From: Desulfatiglandales bacterium
Lineage (GTDB): Bacteria > Desulfobacterota > DSM-4660 > Desulfatiglandales > Desulfatiglandaceae
DNA length: 64,000 nucleotides
Assembly: GCA_963662465.1 (NCBI GenBank)
Contig: OY759599.1
Location: forward strand, 352,001 to 416,000
Reading direction: 5' to 3'
Positions 20,726-31,965 of this stretch are shown one piece after another; within the stretch, counting starts at the first letter, position 1, and every line of letters starts with the position of its first letter. A model generated the notes under the pieces. The model was not told the origin of the DNA. It did not search any database and saw nothing but the letters and a program-made list of their open reading frames with translations. The position numbers and the translations under genes are program-made.

Positions 20726-23049
20726 CAGACCTCGTTACGAGAGGTGGTTTTACCCCCCGATTTTTGGACACTTGCCTATTTGAGGGGCGAATTTCCGACT
20801 TCAAGCTGGAGTAATTTTCCAGCGGGGGTGATTACCCTCAACTGACTTAGTTTCCGGCAAAACTGTTTTTGGGCGGCAAGACGACTGGGCTGTTGGAGGG
20901 GCTCAAGACGTACTGTCACTTTCTTATTGTCGCTCCTTATCCAGCCATGGCAATTGGTAATGGCATAGAATAGATCAACATACTCATTCTTGTTTTCGTA
21001 AAGCGGCAGAAGCCACTCTACCATTTGCTTGCGAGCATTCCACACGCTTGCGGTCACAAGGTCAAATAAATACTTGCTTTCATCACAAATACGCTGAAAA
21101 CAAGTGTAATCCTCCAGCCATGAAACATCCACTCTTTCAGGGAGTTGTTTTACTTTCCCCTTCAAGATTTCAACCTCAGACTCCTTTTCTTTGATCTGCG
21201 AAAGGACATTTTGGCGGACACTGTTTTTCCGAGTACTGCCATCTTTATTGAGGACTTCGTTGCTTTTTGACAGCTTTTTATACAGTCCTACAAGCTTTGC
21301 CTTAATTCCGGAAGCCTTCGTCTTGATCTCTTTGAGTTCAGGATTGGCGATTTCCTGATTCTGACTTTCAGTAAACGAATATCCCGGTTGGTAGTTAAGG
21401 GGATGTTTGTCTCCTATATGCTTAAAGGTGTTTTCAGAGGCTCCCCAACGGTTGAGGATCGCCATTGCGCATTGCTCTGTGCCCATTCTGTCCGATGGAA
21501 CATTCGACAGAGCGCAGGTCCGGCGGTTACTGGAAACATTCCATAGATAAATGCGCCTAATCGTTAGAGTTTCAGTTTTCTTTTCATCTACGTCGCAGGT
21601 GAATACCTTTTCCCCTTCAAATATCCGATATGACTTGCCATTTAAACTGAATTCTTCTGTGAACAACTCTTCGTCCAACGCCTTGAGCTTATTGATGTCA
21701 ACATTCTTTTCCCAAGTTACAAAACCGACTCCTGCCAGATTCATTTCATAAAAAAAATTGCCCCCTTGCCCTTCCCGGTCAAATACCATCACCGGTCCTG
21801 GAGTGACTTCTGCCTTCCATTTAATCCCTAACTTAATAAGATAATTACGGATATCGCCTTTTCCCTCCTGAATCTCAAAATCAATGACCCTGCCGCTTGA
21901 ATCGCAAGCAACGATGTTGTTGCGACCCGGAACCATCATCCTCCGCTGCGTATTGAAGGCTTTATGTACTTTGTTTTTCCCGGTATAAGGCAACAAATGA
22001 CCGTCTACAAACCACAGCCATGTGCCGACGAGTCCGGAACGAATTTGCTGGAGGGTAAAATGAGACAGCATCTGGCGTGCTGTATCCAACTTGCAGGCAG
22101 CATAAAGCCATACGCGCGCCTTTGTTTTGCTTGGCAAATTCCGGATGCCAAGGATGAGACCTGCTTCGCGTCCGTGAAGATTTTTCAGTTGCTCGATGGA
22201 GCGGGTATTCTTTGCAATCATCAAGACAAAAGTAAACAATAACTTATATTTATTTCCCAAGAAGGAGGATGTCATCCGCGCCCAGTTATTGAGGTGGATC
22301 AAAGTAATCAGGTAAGTAAAAACGCCCGCATAGCGCGTTGCTTCCCAGCCATGTTTCTCGCTGAAGGGTTGATCTTCCGGGTCAAGAGTGCGGTCGCCGA
22401 AAGGGAGTTCAACTTGTGTATCCAGCCGCTCTCTCTCCCCTTTTCGTATCTGCTCCAGTTGCCTGGCCTTGTTCCCTTTAAGAGCTTCATCGGCATGGGC
22501 TTCACGGTTCTGGCGCAAGGTCGCACCTTTTGAAGGCGTATAGTTGCGGATAAGGCCTTCAAGACCGAAATGTTTCTTTATTTCCTGGTAGTTATGGATG
22601 GTCTGGCGGCTGATGTTAAGCGCTTCTGCAAGATGGGTTTTGGTAGCGCCAAGCTCGGCGGCTTCGACGACAAAAAATCTTTTGGCCACCTTGTCAGAAA
22701 GGTCAGCAGTCTTTACCAAGACGTCATTATGGTAAAGGCTGACGTGCGTTTCGATGTCGTCTTTAAATTTCAGATAGAGCCGCTGGCCGATGAATTTAAG
22801 CGCTTTATCTTCGTTCGATACATCATCGAACAATAATCCCTGGGTCATGATTGCCTCGCTTCATTGTTTGCAGAAACGAGAGTATTCCATCCTTCCGGAA
22901 GTGTCAATTAATTTTTACAAATTAAAAAATTTCAAAAATTATATTAATATCTTGCAACTTCGACTGTCCAATTCTCAATTAGAGACACTCTAACTGCTTG
23001 AAAACACGATTGGACCACCGCAAAACCGCCCGGGGCTTAACGAGGTCTG
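20726..23049 (-). mobile_element. Insertion sequence, family unassigned
   Basis: IRs begin CAGACCTCGTTA; 5-bp TSD GTGCA (20721-20725, 23050-23054). Confidence 0.85.
20776..22848 (-). CDS. Putative DDE transposase, 690 aa
   Basis: N-terminal HTH; FVDGH, VFDREG and RWGASENTFK (R-W-x-x-x-E, IS4-superfamily-like). Confidence 0.8.
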   Translation of the reverse strand: MTQGLLFDDVSNEDKALKFIGQRLYLKFKDDIETHVSLYHNDVLVKTADLSDKVAKRFFVVEAAELGATKTHLAEALNISRQTIHNYQEIKKHFGLEGLIRNYTPSKGATLRQNREAHADEALKGNKARQLEQIRKGERERLDTQVELPFGDRTLDPEDQPFSEKHGWEATRYAGVFTYLITLIHLNNWARMTSSFLGNKYKLLFTFVLMIAKNTRSIEQLKNLHGREAGLILGIRNLPSKTKARVWLYAACKLDTARQMLSHFTLQQIRSGLVGTWLWFVDGHLLPYTGKNKVHKAFNTQRRMMVPGRNNIVACDSSGRVIDFEIQEGKGDIRNYLIKLGIKWKAEVTPGPVMVFDREGQGGNFFYEMNLAGVGFVTWEKNVDINKLKALDEELFTEEFSLNGKSYRIFEGEKVFTCDVDEKKTETLTIRRIYLWNVSSNRRTCALSNVPSDRMGTEQCAMAILNRWGASENTFKHIGDKHPLNYQPGYSFTESQNQEIANPELKEIKTKASGIKAKLVGLYKKLSKSNEVLNKDGSTRKNSVRQNVLSQIKEKESEVEILKGKVKQLPERVDVSWLEDYTCFQRICDESKYLFDLVTASVWNARKQMVEWLLPLYENKNEYVDLFYAITNCHGWIRSDNKKVTVRLEPLQQPSRLAAQKQFCRKLSQLRVITPAGKLLQLEVGNSPLK

Positions 23050-23676
23050 GTGCAAGGGTTCGTCAAAGAATTCACTCCAGACATCCGGGTTGTGAGAAAG
23101 GATCTCTTTTTCAGCTTGTTCCCGGTCGATCACTTCGGCACTATCACGTTCGCCTTGCCATTGGGTCCCATGGCAGAGATAAAAACGTCCATTCAAGATC
23201 TTGACGTGTCGTTTTTTACACCTGGCAGGAAGCACTCGGCTCAATTTTCAGCTCAGAGGCCTCCCCAAAAAAGAGGCGGCCTCTATCTTTCCCCCATACC
23301 GGCAAACACCTGCCTTTCTCAAATTCGTGTTGAATGTATGTCTGCAATTTCTTCAAACGGAAGCGCAAGCCTGGAAAACCAGCCATAAGCAACGAACGCT
23401 CCGATATTTCAATTACTGAAAGGTTCTTGACCGTAAGGTCAATTGATTTTTTTGGGCCTTTTTCCAGTTCTCCAAACGGGAAATACATGGTTGGGTGCCA
23501 GGACAGTGACTATGTCGAGAAGACGCGAGGAGGTTTTAGGGAAAACGGAAATGGGAGATGTGTTTTAGGCGAGGTGATTTGCGGGCGGATTTTCACCGGC
23601 CCCACCCTGGGAAAGAAGCCAAGCCCTATCAGGTTCGGGCAGCCCGCGAGTTTTTACGAAAAATGGAGGTGATTCC

Positions 23677-23952
23677 ATGAGAGCGATGAAATACAAGGGG
23701 TATTCGGCGCGGATCGAATACAGCGATGAAGATGAATGTTTTGTTGGGCGTGTTGCCGGTATTCGTGATATCATCACTTTCCACAGTGAGCGTGTTGATG
23801 AAATTCGCGGTGAGTTCAAGGAAGCCATAGACTTTTATCTTGCCACCTGTACTCAAAGAGGAGAGGCCCCCAATAAACCCTATTCCGGGAAAATGTTCTT
23901 AAGAGTTTCGCCTGAAATACATGCCGCTGTTGCTACGGCTGCCGAAAAATAG
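23677..23952 (+). CDS. hicB: HicB-family antitoxin, orphan and probably C-truncated
   Basis: MKYKGYSARIEYS..FVGRV.GI.DIITF...KPYSGK..LRVSPEIH. Confidence 0.8.
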   Translation: MRAMKYKGYSARIEYSDEDECFVGRVAGIRDIITFHSERVDEIRGEFKEAIDFYLATCTQRGEAPNKPYSGKMFLRVSPEIHAAVATAAEK

Positions 23953-24203
23953 GACCCAAATCTCTGAAAGAGTCTTGACCAGCCTGTTTTGACGCCGCTC
24001 TCCAACATTTCTTTAAAAAGGGCTTCAGCTCTTTCGGCTCGTAGGTGCTGGTCGCCAGTCTTTCACGGGCAGACTCATTTCTTTCATCAATCTTATACAT
24101 TTGGCATGTAATCTGCTATAACTCAAAAATATCCTTCCACACTATACTATAAATACCCGGTATAAAACCGGGGGGGCTAGATGCGCTCCTGGGTCAGCGG
24201 CGC

Positions 24204-24972
24204 ATGGGCAAAACCGAGATCTTCAAACGCGTGGTGAACCGGCTTTTTTTTGAGCAGGGGAATGTGGCTGATCCTTATGGTTGTGTTGTGCCGGTTTACT
24301 ACAGTTTTCGTGACAGTGTTTCAAGCAGCGCTGATTTTGCTGTTGAATACATTGAAAACTTTCTGCGCTGGTTCGCAGCCTTTCGGTTGGGGAATCCGGA
24401 TCTGGCAATGCGCGAATCCATCCGGGGCGAAGATTTAATTGCACTTGTCCGGACGAATCTGTCTATGAGCGCGGGTCTTGAAGAGGCCGTGGCCCTGTTA
24501 GTTGTGAGAGCGGGACCGGCAGGAAGTATCGATCGAGTCCATTCGGGACACGCTGATCCGGTTCTCCCGCGGCGATTTTCTGGAATACATGGAGCTTGGC
24601 GGCTGGTTTCGGACAGTGGATGACCCTATTCTGCTGGAATTCCTGAAGGTCTGGGGCCGCATTGCAGTGGAGGGAAAAAGAGCCGTTGATGTTCAAAATG
24701 ACCTTCGGGCGCGATACCGTACGCTGAAACGCAAGGTCCACGATCCTCTGGGGTATTTGGGTGAAGTGTATATGGCCCAGGTCCTCTGGAACGGCCAGAA
24801 TAAAACGCTTCCCGGCGTCTGGTTCCATTCGGTCGGGGATATTCCGGTCAACTGGCATTTCAGCTTCATTCGTCATCGGGTCAGGCTGGGGGCATCCACC
24901 GAATGCGGGAGAAAGGCGTCCTTTGGTCCGACCGGGCCGATCTGGATGGTTTGCTTGGGTATATGGGATTGA
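24204..24972 (+). pseudogene. Fragments of a P-loop ATPase-like gene
   Basis: RRMGKTEIF Walker-like start; short discontinuous ORFs. Confidence 0.4.
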
Positions 24973-25104
24973 AATGCCTGCCGGAGATTGTGGGAGAGGG
25001 GCGAAAAATGGAAACTGACAAGACAACGGCAGGTTCATTGACGCTTCTGAATGTGAAAATTATGCCGCGATGACTTTTTAATTTGAGCAAGGAGGGAGTA
25101 TGCC

Positions 25105-26865
25105 ATGGGAGTTTATGTTTCTTTGAAAATTGTGCCTGCCCGGATCGACCCTGGGGAATGGGCCGATTTCTATGACGAAACCGTTTTGTTTCTTAAAAAC
25201 GGCGACCTGAAGTTTATCGGTCCCAAAGAAGAGAGAATCATTTTGCCGGAGGGTGAATTTAAAAGAATTATTTACAGCCAGGCGTTTGAACAGGTCAAAA
25301 ACGGAAAACGGTCCTGGCATATCAGCGGCGATCTTGAAACCTATGGCATGGGGGAGAGCTTCCTGCTGTACCGCGATTTGTCGCATTATCAAATACAGTA
25401 TTTTCTTAGCAGGGATGACGATAACAAAACCCTTCCGGATACTGACTTCCGGTACGACATCGTGGAAAACCTTGTTTGGGAGTATTTCGAAGGAATCGAT
25501 GCCCCCAAAGACAACAGAGGAACTGGGGCGGATCGAAACAAAGATAAAAATGCCCCTCTTCCCTTCATGTCCACTGTTTTCGATGAAAAAACCCAGGGAC
25601 ACCCCTTTCACTACTATATGCTGGGTGTGGGCATGCTGGCGGAAAACCGGTTTCCCCGTGCGGCTTATGTTTCCGGAAACATTGACCGGTTTCAGGGGGA
25701 AGAGGCACGGGACAAAATCAAATCCATTCTGAACAAGAATGTAAGTCTTCCTTTGTGTACGGACCCGGATGCACTGTTGGAACGGATCATATCGTACCAT
25801 CAAGGCGTGGCTGCCTTGAAGGCCTTCCATGATCTCCTGAGAGATGACGCCGAGCGGGATGCCGCTGTAACGCATCAGGCCGCCATCAAACATTTGGGCC
25901 GGGAAGTGTTTGAAAATTGGTTTTTAGGCCGACTGAAGCACTACGAAAAACCCAGCGTGATGGGCGCCAAGGATCTGATGATGGAATGGCTTAACGCGGG
26001 GCAGCCCCTGGACCGGTTGATCCAGCTCGAATGCCTTCATCCGGATGGCCCCCGGCACGCACCCCTGAAAATTGCTGAAAGCCTGGTGGATCTGTGGTTG
26101 ACCATTGAACCGGAAAAAAGGAATGCATGGCAATCCTTTGACAAGCCCCAGGGGGCCGCGGACACGGTCGCAAGCCAGTTTGGCGGTATTTTTCTCGATA
26201 TGCTGTTAGGGGCCAGAGGGCGGCACATGAAAACCTATATCCCGGCGGATGAGGTTGTTCATGTATTCAGCCGGACTTTCCCTCAAGAGAAGACGGCTAT
26301 TGCTGAAGCAGTTTACCGCACAACCCGTGAACTGGAAGAGACGCATGCGCAGATCAGCAAACCCCTGGCCGACAAGGTTAAGGAAGTTCAGGAAGATCCG
26401 GGTGTGCTGGACGGTGTTCCCATATTGCAACTGGCCGATGAGGCATCCATCACTAAGCAACAACATGACTGGCTGGTTCACTTTGCCTATTTTCTCTCTT
26501 TTCAGTTGGCAGAGGTCAAAAAAGGCAGCGCTGGAACAAAAAGCCTGTTCTTTCATCAGAAAAATCGGGACGACCTATACACCCAGATTGTCCTGGCCAC
26601 CAGCCGTTACGGTCCCAACCTGACTGATCAGGCCTGGCAATGGATCGATCATGAACAGGATATGGACCTGTTGACCACCCTGGTCCTCCTGGCGCTGATG
26701 AATAAATCGGAACAAAAATTCTACAACACCAAAAAGGCTATCATGGAGAAAAAATGGCTTTGTGAAGTCCTCACCCGATTTAGGATGGACACGGAAAAGA
26801 TGCATGAGATCGGAACGTTAATGGATGAAATGCTGAAGGCGAAACAAGAGATTGAAGGAGCGTAA
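25105..26865 (+). CDS. Hypothetical protein, 586 aa
   Basis: Long ORF with strong RBS (AAGGAGG); no recognisable motif. Confidence 0.75.
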   Translation: MGVYVSLKIVPARIDPGEWADFYDETVLFLKNGDLKFIGPKEERIILPEGEFKRIIYSQAFEQVKNGKRSWHISGDLETYGMGESFLLYRDLSHYQIQYFLSRDDDNKTLPDTDFRYDIVENLVWEYFEGIDAPKDNRGTGADRNKDKNAPLPFMSTVFDEKTQGHPFHYYMLGVGMLAENRFPRAAYVSGNIDRFQGEEARDKIKSILNKNVSLPLCTDPDALLERIISYHQGVAALKAFHDLLRDDAERDAAVTHQAAIKHLGREVFENWFLGRLKHYEKPSVMGAKDLMMEWLNAGQPLDRLIQLECLHPDGPRHAPLKIAESLVDLWLTIEPEKRNAWQSFDKPQGAADTVASQFGGIFLDMLLGARGRHMKTYIPADEVVHVFSRTFPQEKTAIAEAVYRTTRELEETHAQISKPLADKVKEVQEDPGVLDGVPILQLADEASITKQQHDWLVHFAYFLSFQLAEVKKGSAGTKSLFFHQKNRDDLYTQIVLATSRYGPNLTDQAWQWIDHEQDMDLLTTLVLLALMNKSEQKFYNTKKAIMEKKWLCEVLTRFRMDTEKMHEIGTLMDEMLKAKQEIEGA

Positions 26866-27349
26866 ACTTGTTTGTTATGAGAGTTGCCTTCTTCATGATC
26901 TATCCGAAACGATCTAAACCCCGTGATCAGTTACGAATTTAACATAACCGAAGTGTGAAATCAGCTCAAGAAGTTATTTGCTGAAATTCCGATATAAGCA
27001 TGAGCCGAGGATTTGTTGACGGGAAAAAAAGCGTGCATCCCAATGTTAGCAACGTTCCCGCCAACGCCCATGCGAAAACGCTGCTACTTTATGGAGGGGT
27101 TTGCGCTGTGCTTAAGTCTCTGGTATCCTGGAGGGATTTGGCAGTGTCAAAAAAACATTACCCCAAAAAAAAGATGGGTGGGCATCCTGAAATCAAGCAC
27201 TTAGCTAGATCGAGTCGGAATTTTCCATTTTTTCACCCCAAGCGAAAGAACTTGTCGGAATACCTTGATTTTAATACAAAATATTGTACAATGCCTTCAT
27301 CAGATAACAGGATAGAGTGTTTCTTTAAATATTTGATGGAGGCCGAAAC

Positions 27350-28831
27350 TTGGCAGCAGTGAGTCCGTTTCTTTTTTCGTGGAATGATGTCGAAGCACGC
27401 TCGGATTTGGACCGTTTCTATCTGGTGCGCGATAATCTGCCTGATGAGAATATTGTAGCGGCACTTGAAAAGCGTCGCGGCAATGGGAGAGATGATTTTC
27501 CGATACGCGCAATGTGGAACGCGCTTATTGCGGGAGTCGTGTTCCAGCATGCATCCATTGAATCTTTGATTCGCGAATTGTCCAGGAATCCGGCGTTATT
27601 AGAGGCATGCGGATTTGATATTCTGCCGAGGCAAAAAAAACCGGTAGCTGAACTGAGACGCAATGAGGAAACGGGCCGAATGGAAATCATACGGTCTGAG
27701 AGCGGAAATGCATATTTTTTGGTTCCAGGTAGTTGGAATTTCTCAAGATTTTTAAGGAGCGTCATAGAACTGGAAGAATATGGTAATATGGTCAGCGGCA
27801 TGGTGCGTGGGCTTCGAGAATCCTTAATGACAGAACTCCCTGATTTTGGTTGTCATTTAGGGTATGACGGCAAGGCTATCAACAGTTATAGTACGGGACA
27901 AGAAAGCCGGAAAACCGGTGAAACCTCCGATACGGATGCAGATTGGGGCAAGCATGAAACGAAAGGGACAGACAGTAAAACCGGAAAGCAGTGGACAAAA
28001 GTAAAAAGCTGGTTTGGATATGGCCTTCATTTGATCGCTGATACCCTATATGAAATTCCGGTGGCAGTTCATGTAACACCTGCCTCGCATTCGGAACACA
28101 AGGAACTGCGAAGCATGATCAAAGAAATTTTTGAGGAAACACCGCAGCTTGGCGAGCGCTGTGATGATTTTGTGGCGGACCGTGGTTTGGATTCCGGCAA
28201 AACTAAGGCTCAGCTGTTGGATGAATATGGGATTCGGCCCGGCATTGATACCCGTGAACTGTGGAGAGATGAAAAGAATGAGCCGGGATACGATCCTGCA
28301 AAACCGATCACACGACCTCTTTATCCTGACCGGGCAGATACCATTGTGTATACTGAGAAAGGGACAGTCCATTGTATTTGTCCGGCTACTGGAGAACAGC
28401 GGGACATGGCTTTTTGTGGCTTTGAAAAAAATCGCAATACCCTGAAATATCGTTGTCCCGCAGCTGCAAACGGCTTTTCCTGTGAAGGATGTGGAGAGTG
28501 TTCATCTGCGGGGCAAGTTAATCCCGGAGATTATGGGCGAATTGTCAGAATAAATATCACTGAGGAAGATCGGCGAATCTTCACACCCATTCCCTATGGT
28601 ACGCAGGGTTGGGACCGAGCGTATAATCGGCGTTCTTCTTTGGAGAGAATCAACAGTCGGATCGATAATGATTTTGGTTTTGAGAAACATTACATACGCG
28701 GCCAAGCCAAAATGCAAACAAGAGTTTGCTTGGCCACCGCCGTAATGATGGCAATGGCCCTTGGTCATGTAAGGGCTGGCCGTATTGAGCAAATGCGCTC
28801 CCTTGTACGGCCAATAGCCAGAGCCGCCTAA
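27350..28831 (+). CDS. DDE transposase (IS1182/IS5-like, DUF772-type)
   Basis: GYDGK, DADWGK, WFGYGLHL, ADRGLD, YNRRSSLERINSR. Confidence 0.85.
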   Translation: MAAVSPFLFSWNDVEARSDLDRFYLVRDNLPDENIVAALEKRRGNGRDDFPIRAMWNALIAGVVFQHASIESLIRELSRNPALLEACGFDILPRQKKPVAELRRNEETGRMEIIRSESGNAYFLVPGSWNFSRFLRSVIELEEYGNMVSGMVRGLRESLMTELPDFGCHLGYDGKAINSYSTGQESRKTGETSDTDADWGKHETKGTDSKTGKQWTKVKSWFGYGLHLIADTLYEIPVAVHVTPASHSEHKELRSMIKEIFEETPQLGERCDDFVADRGLDSGKTKAQLLDEYGIRPGIDTRELWRDEKNEPGYDPAKPITRPLYPDRADTIVYTEKGTVHCICPATGEQRDMAFCGFEKNRNTLKYRCPAAANGFSCEGCGECSSAGQVNPGDYGRIVRINITEEDRRIFTPIPYGTQGWDRAYNRRSSLERINSRIDNDFGFEKHYIRGQAKMQTRVCLATAVMMAMALGHVRAGRIEQMRSLVRPIARAA

Positions 28832-28936
28832 TCCAATTTATTTAAAATAGTTATAAATAAATGATTTAATTTAAAAGCATAGGAATTTCCATTTTTGATT
28901 TGGCATATCAAATAGTTGTTGCAGTGATGGCATTAA

Positions 28937-30271
28937 ATGTGTCAAAAAAAGCACATTATGCATATGCCATCAAACCAAAAAATTGATAAGGAGACTTTCC
29001 GGACGATTTTTATTGATCATTGGGAATCATTCAAAGAGCATCATCCAGGGTATGATAATTCGCAATATGAAGATCCGGTTCAGAAAATGCTTGGTTGCGG
29101 CAAGGAAAGCGCCGGATATAGCGAGCACCGGTGTGTTTATTGCGGTGGTGATGTTCGCCGGATAGGTTTTAGTTGCAAGAGCTGTTTTTGTTTATCCTGC
29201 GCCAAGAAATATGTTGACGATTTTGTCAGTCAAGTGAGTAGGGTGCTTCATGGGGGCATGAATTACCGTCACATTGTTTTGACAATTCCCGAGCAACTGA
29301 GAATCGTTTTTTATAAGGCTCGAAATGATGGACGTTTGTTATCGGCTTTTATGAGATGCGGGTACGAATGTTTGGAGGATGTTGTCGGAACGGTTCTTCG
29401 GCGGAAACTGAAAATAGGAACGATCGTCGTTGTTCAAACGCATGGTCGATCCGGTCATTATAATCCGCATTTGCATATCATCATGACAAGCGGTGGGATA
29501 AATGAAGATCTGTGCGGTTGGTTTGATTTAAGGTTCTTCAAGTATGAGATTATACATAAGAAATGGCAGTATCATCTATTCAGAATGCTCAAGTCCCATT
29601 TTAACAGCAGTGCGGTCGATAAACTTATTGATGAGCTGTGGAAAAAATACCCTAAAGGTTTGGTAGCCAATGTGAGCAAGGGTAATGTTCCTGAGACATG
29701 TGGGGGTCTGGCGCGATATTTGGCGAAATATGTTGCATCTCCTCCGATAGCTCTGAGACGGATAATCAGTTATGATGGCCAATATGTTACCTATTGGTAC
29801 AATGATCACATGACAAAATCCAGGAAGGTTGAAACCGTGGAAGTGGATGTTTTTATCGGTCGAATGGTTCAACACATAATGCCCAAAGGGTTCCAGCGGG
29901 TTCGTTATTATGGGCTACAGGCTACGAAAACTTTTAAGAAATGGTCGGAAGTAATACGGAAAGGGATGAAGGCTTTGGGGCGTGGGATTAAAGGAACGTA
30001 TCAAGTCGTAAAAGCGAAAAGATATCGAGAACGTTATAAGGAGATCAGCTCTCAAGATCCTTTTTTGTGTCGTTATTGTGGCCATGAAATGGTGCTATGG
30101 AAGATATGGCATCCAAAATATGGAGTTTTATATGACGAATATGAAAACATCAAAAACGACAGGTACGGCACGGTTACAGGACAAAATGACAGCGGGGGTG
30201 GAAGGCGAGGACTTCCCGTTCGGCCCTCCTCCGGAGGAATATCCTTACCGTTGTTCCCATTGCCGGCATGA
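28937..30271 (+). CDS. IS91-family (Y2 HUH) transposase
   Basis: Zn-binding SCKSCFCLSC, HIVLTIP, QTHG..YNPHLH, YLAKY, RVRYYG; element ends not firmly defined (about 26940-30435). Confidence 0.9.
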   Translation: MCQKKHIMHMPSNQKIDKETFRTIFIDHWESFKEHHPGYDNSQYEDPVQKMLGCGKESAGYSEHRCVYCGGDVRRIGFSCKSCFCLSCAKKYVDDFVSQVSRVLHGGMNYRHIVLTIPEQLRIVFYKARNDGRLLSAFMRCGYECLEDVVGTVLRRKLKIGTIVVVQTHGRSGHYNPHLHIIMTSGGINEDLCGWFDLRFFKYEIIHKKWQYHLFRMLKSHFNSSAVDKLIDELWKKYPKGLVANVSKGNVPETCGGLARYLAKYVASPPIALRRIISYDGQYVTYWYNDHMTKSRKVETVEVDVFIGRMVQHIMPKGFQRVRYYGLQATKTFKKWSEVIRKGMKALGRGIKGTYQVVKAKRYRERYKEISSQDPFLCRYCGHEMVLWKIWHPKYGVLYDEYENIKNDRYGTVTGQNDSGGGRRGLPVRPSSGGISLPLFPLPA

Positions 30272-30702
30272 AATGAAGGTAAATGAAGCGATAATAGACG
30301 TCGAGATTGCAAAAGCAGAATATGAAGGAAGGAATGTGGAAGGCTTTATGCCCATTCTCGGTTGCCCTCAGTGCAATCGAGAAACAATGAAATATGCGCA
30401 AGGTAGAAAGCCCGCGCGTTAGCGCGCTAAGTTCAATTTAAAGGGATTAGCATGTCCAATTATCGGGTTTTTGGGGTATGTCTTTGGAAACCATAATATT
30501 CTGCTGCCATGTCGCCCTCTCAGACCTCGCGCCCGCGTTTTTTTGGGGCCCAGAACACCCCCGGTACGGCACAAAAACGGTACAGCGCAAACCTCTCTTT
30601 ATGCTTTCCATATCCCCCTGAAAATGATACCCATTTAAACCGGAATGGTGAGAGTATTGACGCTTCTGGTCGAAAACGGGATCAAGAGGGAGGGTAAAAC
30701 GC

Positions 30703-31965
30703 ATGGGACGGGAAAAACTGCATTATGGCTGGATCGTTATTTTCATGGGGTTGCTGACCACCATCGCTGCCCACGGATTCGGCCGTATGGCCTACACCAT
30801 CATCCTGCCCGCCATGAAAGATGGCCTTCAGTTTGACTATACGCAGCTGGGGCTTCTGGGGACCGGCAATTTCATCGGTTATCTGACCATGGCCATTATC
30901 GGCGGGTTTCTGGCGGCTCGCTTCGGCACACGCATTGTCATCACCCTCGCCCTGGTTCTCATGGGAATTACGATGCTGCTGACCGGGCTTGCGGAAACCT
31001 TCGGGTTCGCCTTTGCCATGCGTCTCATGACGGGTCTGGGGAACGGCGCCGCCTTTGTGCCCGCCATGGCTCTGGGGAGCGCCTGGTTTTCGATAGAAAA
31101 ACGGGGGTTTGCCACGGGAATCGTTTCGGCGGGCATCGGGGCGGGGACCCTCGTCAGCGGTCTTGTGGTGCCGCCCATACTGCAGGCATTCGGCACGGAT
31201 GGGTGGCGCATTTCCTGGTATATTCTGGGTGGGGGGGTCCTGGTGATTTCAGGGGTGGTGTTCCTGTTTATCCGCAGTCGTCCGGAAGAAAAGGGACTGT
31301 TGCCGGTGGGGGTTCGGAACGCGGATGGCGGAACGGTTGATGCCGCGCCTAAAAGCAAGGTCTCTTCCCTTGACTGGACAAAGGTTTACCGGATGCCCGC
31401 CGTTTGGTATCTGGGCCTCGTCTATTTTTTTTACGGCCTCTCCTATATCATCTATATGGTGTTTTTTGCCGCCTATCTGGTGAAGGAAATCGGCCTTTCC
31501 CAAGCCTGGGCCGGGTCATTGTGGGCTATGGTCGGGGGGTTGAGCGTGTTTTGCGGCGTTATCTGGGGCAGTATATCGGACCGGCTGGGTCGAAGCCGGG
31601 GCGCCGCCCTGGCCTATTTGGTGCTGGGTGTTTCCTATATCATTTACGCGCTGGTCAGGGTTAAATTTGGGTTTTATCTGTCCGCCATACTGTTCGGCTT
31701 TACCGCCTGGAGCATTCCCACCATCATGGCGGCGGCCGCCGGCGACCTTGTGGGACCGCGGCTTGCGCCGGCGGGTCTGGGATTTGTGACCCTGTTTTTC
31801 GGCATCGGCCAGGCCCTGGGACCGGTACTGGGGGGATATATCGCTGATGTAACCCAGTCCTTCACCATTCCGTTTCTCGTGGCAGGAGGGATTTCACTGG
31901 TGGGCATGGTCTTTTCATTAAAGATCGGCAACTTTGCATCGGCTCAGGGGTCAGCGTCTGTCTGA
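30703..31965 (+). CDS. MFS transporter (YbfB/YjiJ-like)
   Basis: About 12 hydrophobic segments; GFGRMAYTIILPAM; GSISDRLGR. Confidence 0.92.
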   Translation: MGREKLHYGWIVIFMGLLTTIAAHGFGRMAYTIILPAMKDGLQFDYTQLGLLGTGNFIGYLTMAIIGGFLAARFGTRIVITLALVLMGITMLLTGLAETFGFAFAMRLMTGLGNGAAFVPAMALGSAWFSIEKRGFATGIVSAGIGAGTLVSGLVVPPILQAFGTDGWRISWYILGGGVLVISGVVFLFIRSRPEEKGLLPVGVRNADGGTVDAAPKSKVSSLDWTKVYRMPAVWYLGLVYFFYGLSYIIYMVFFAAYLVKEIGLSQAWAGSLWAMVGGLSVFCGVIWGSISDRLGRSRGAALAYLVLGVSYIIYALVRVKFGFYLSAILFGFTAWSIPTIMAAAAGDLVGPRLAPAGLGFVTLFFGIGQALGPVLGGYIADVTQSFTIPFLVAGGISLVGMVFSLKIGNFASAQGSASV

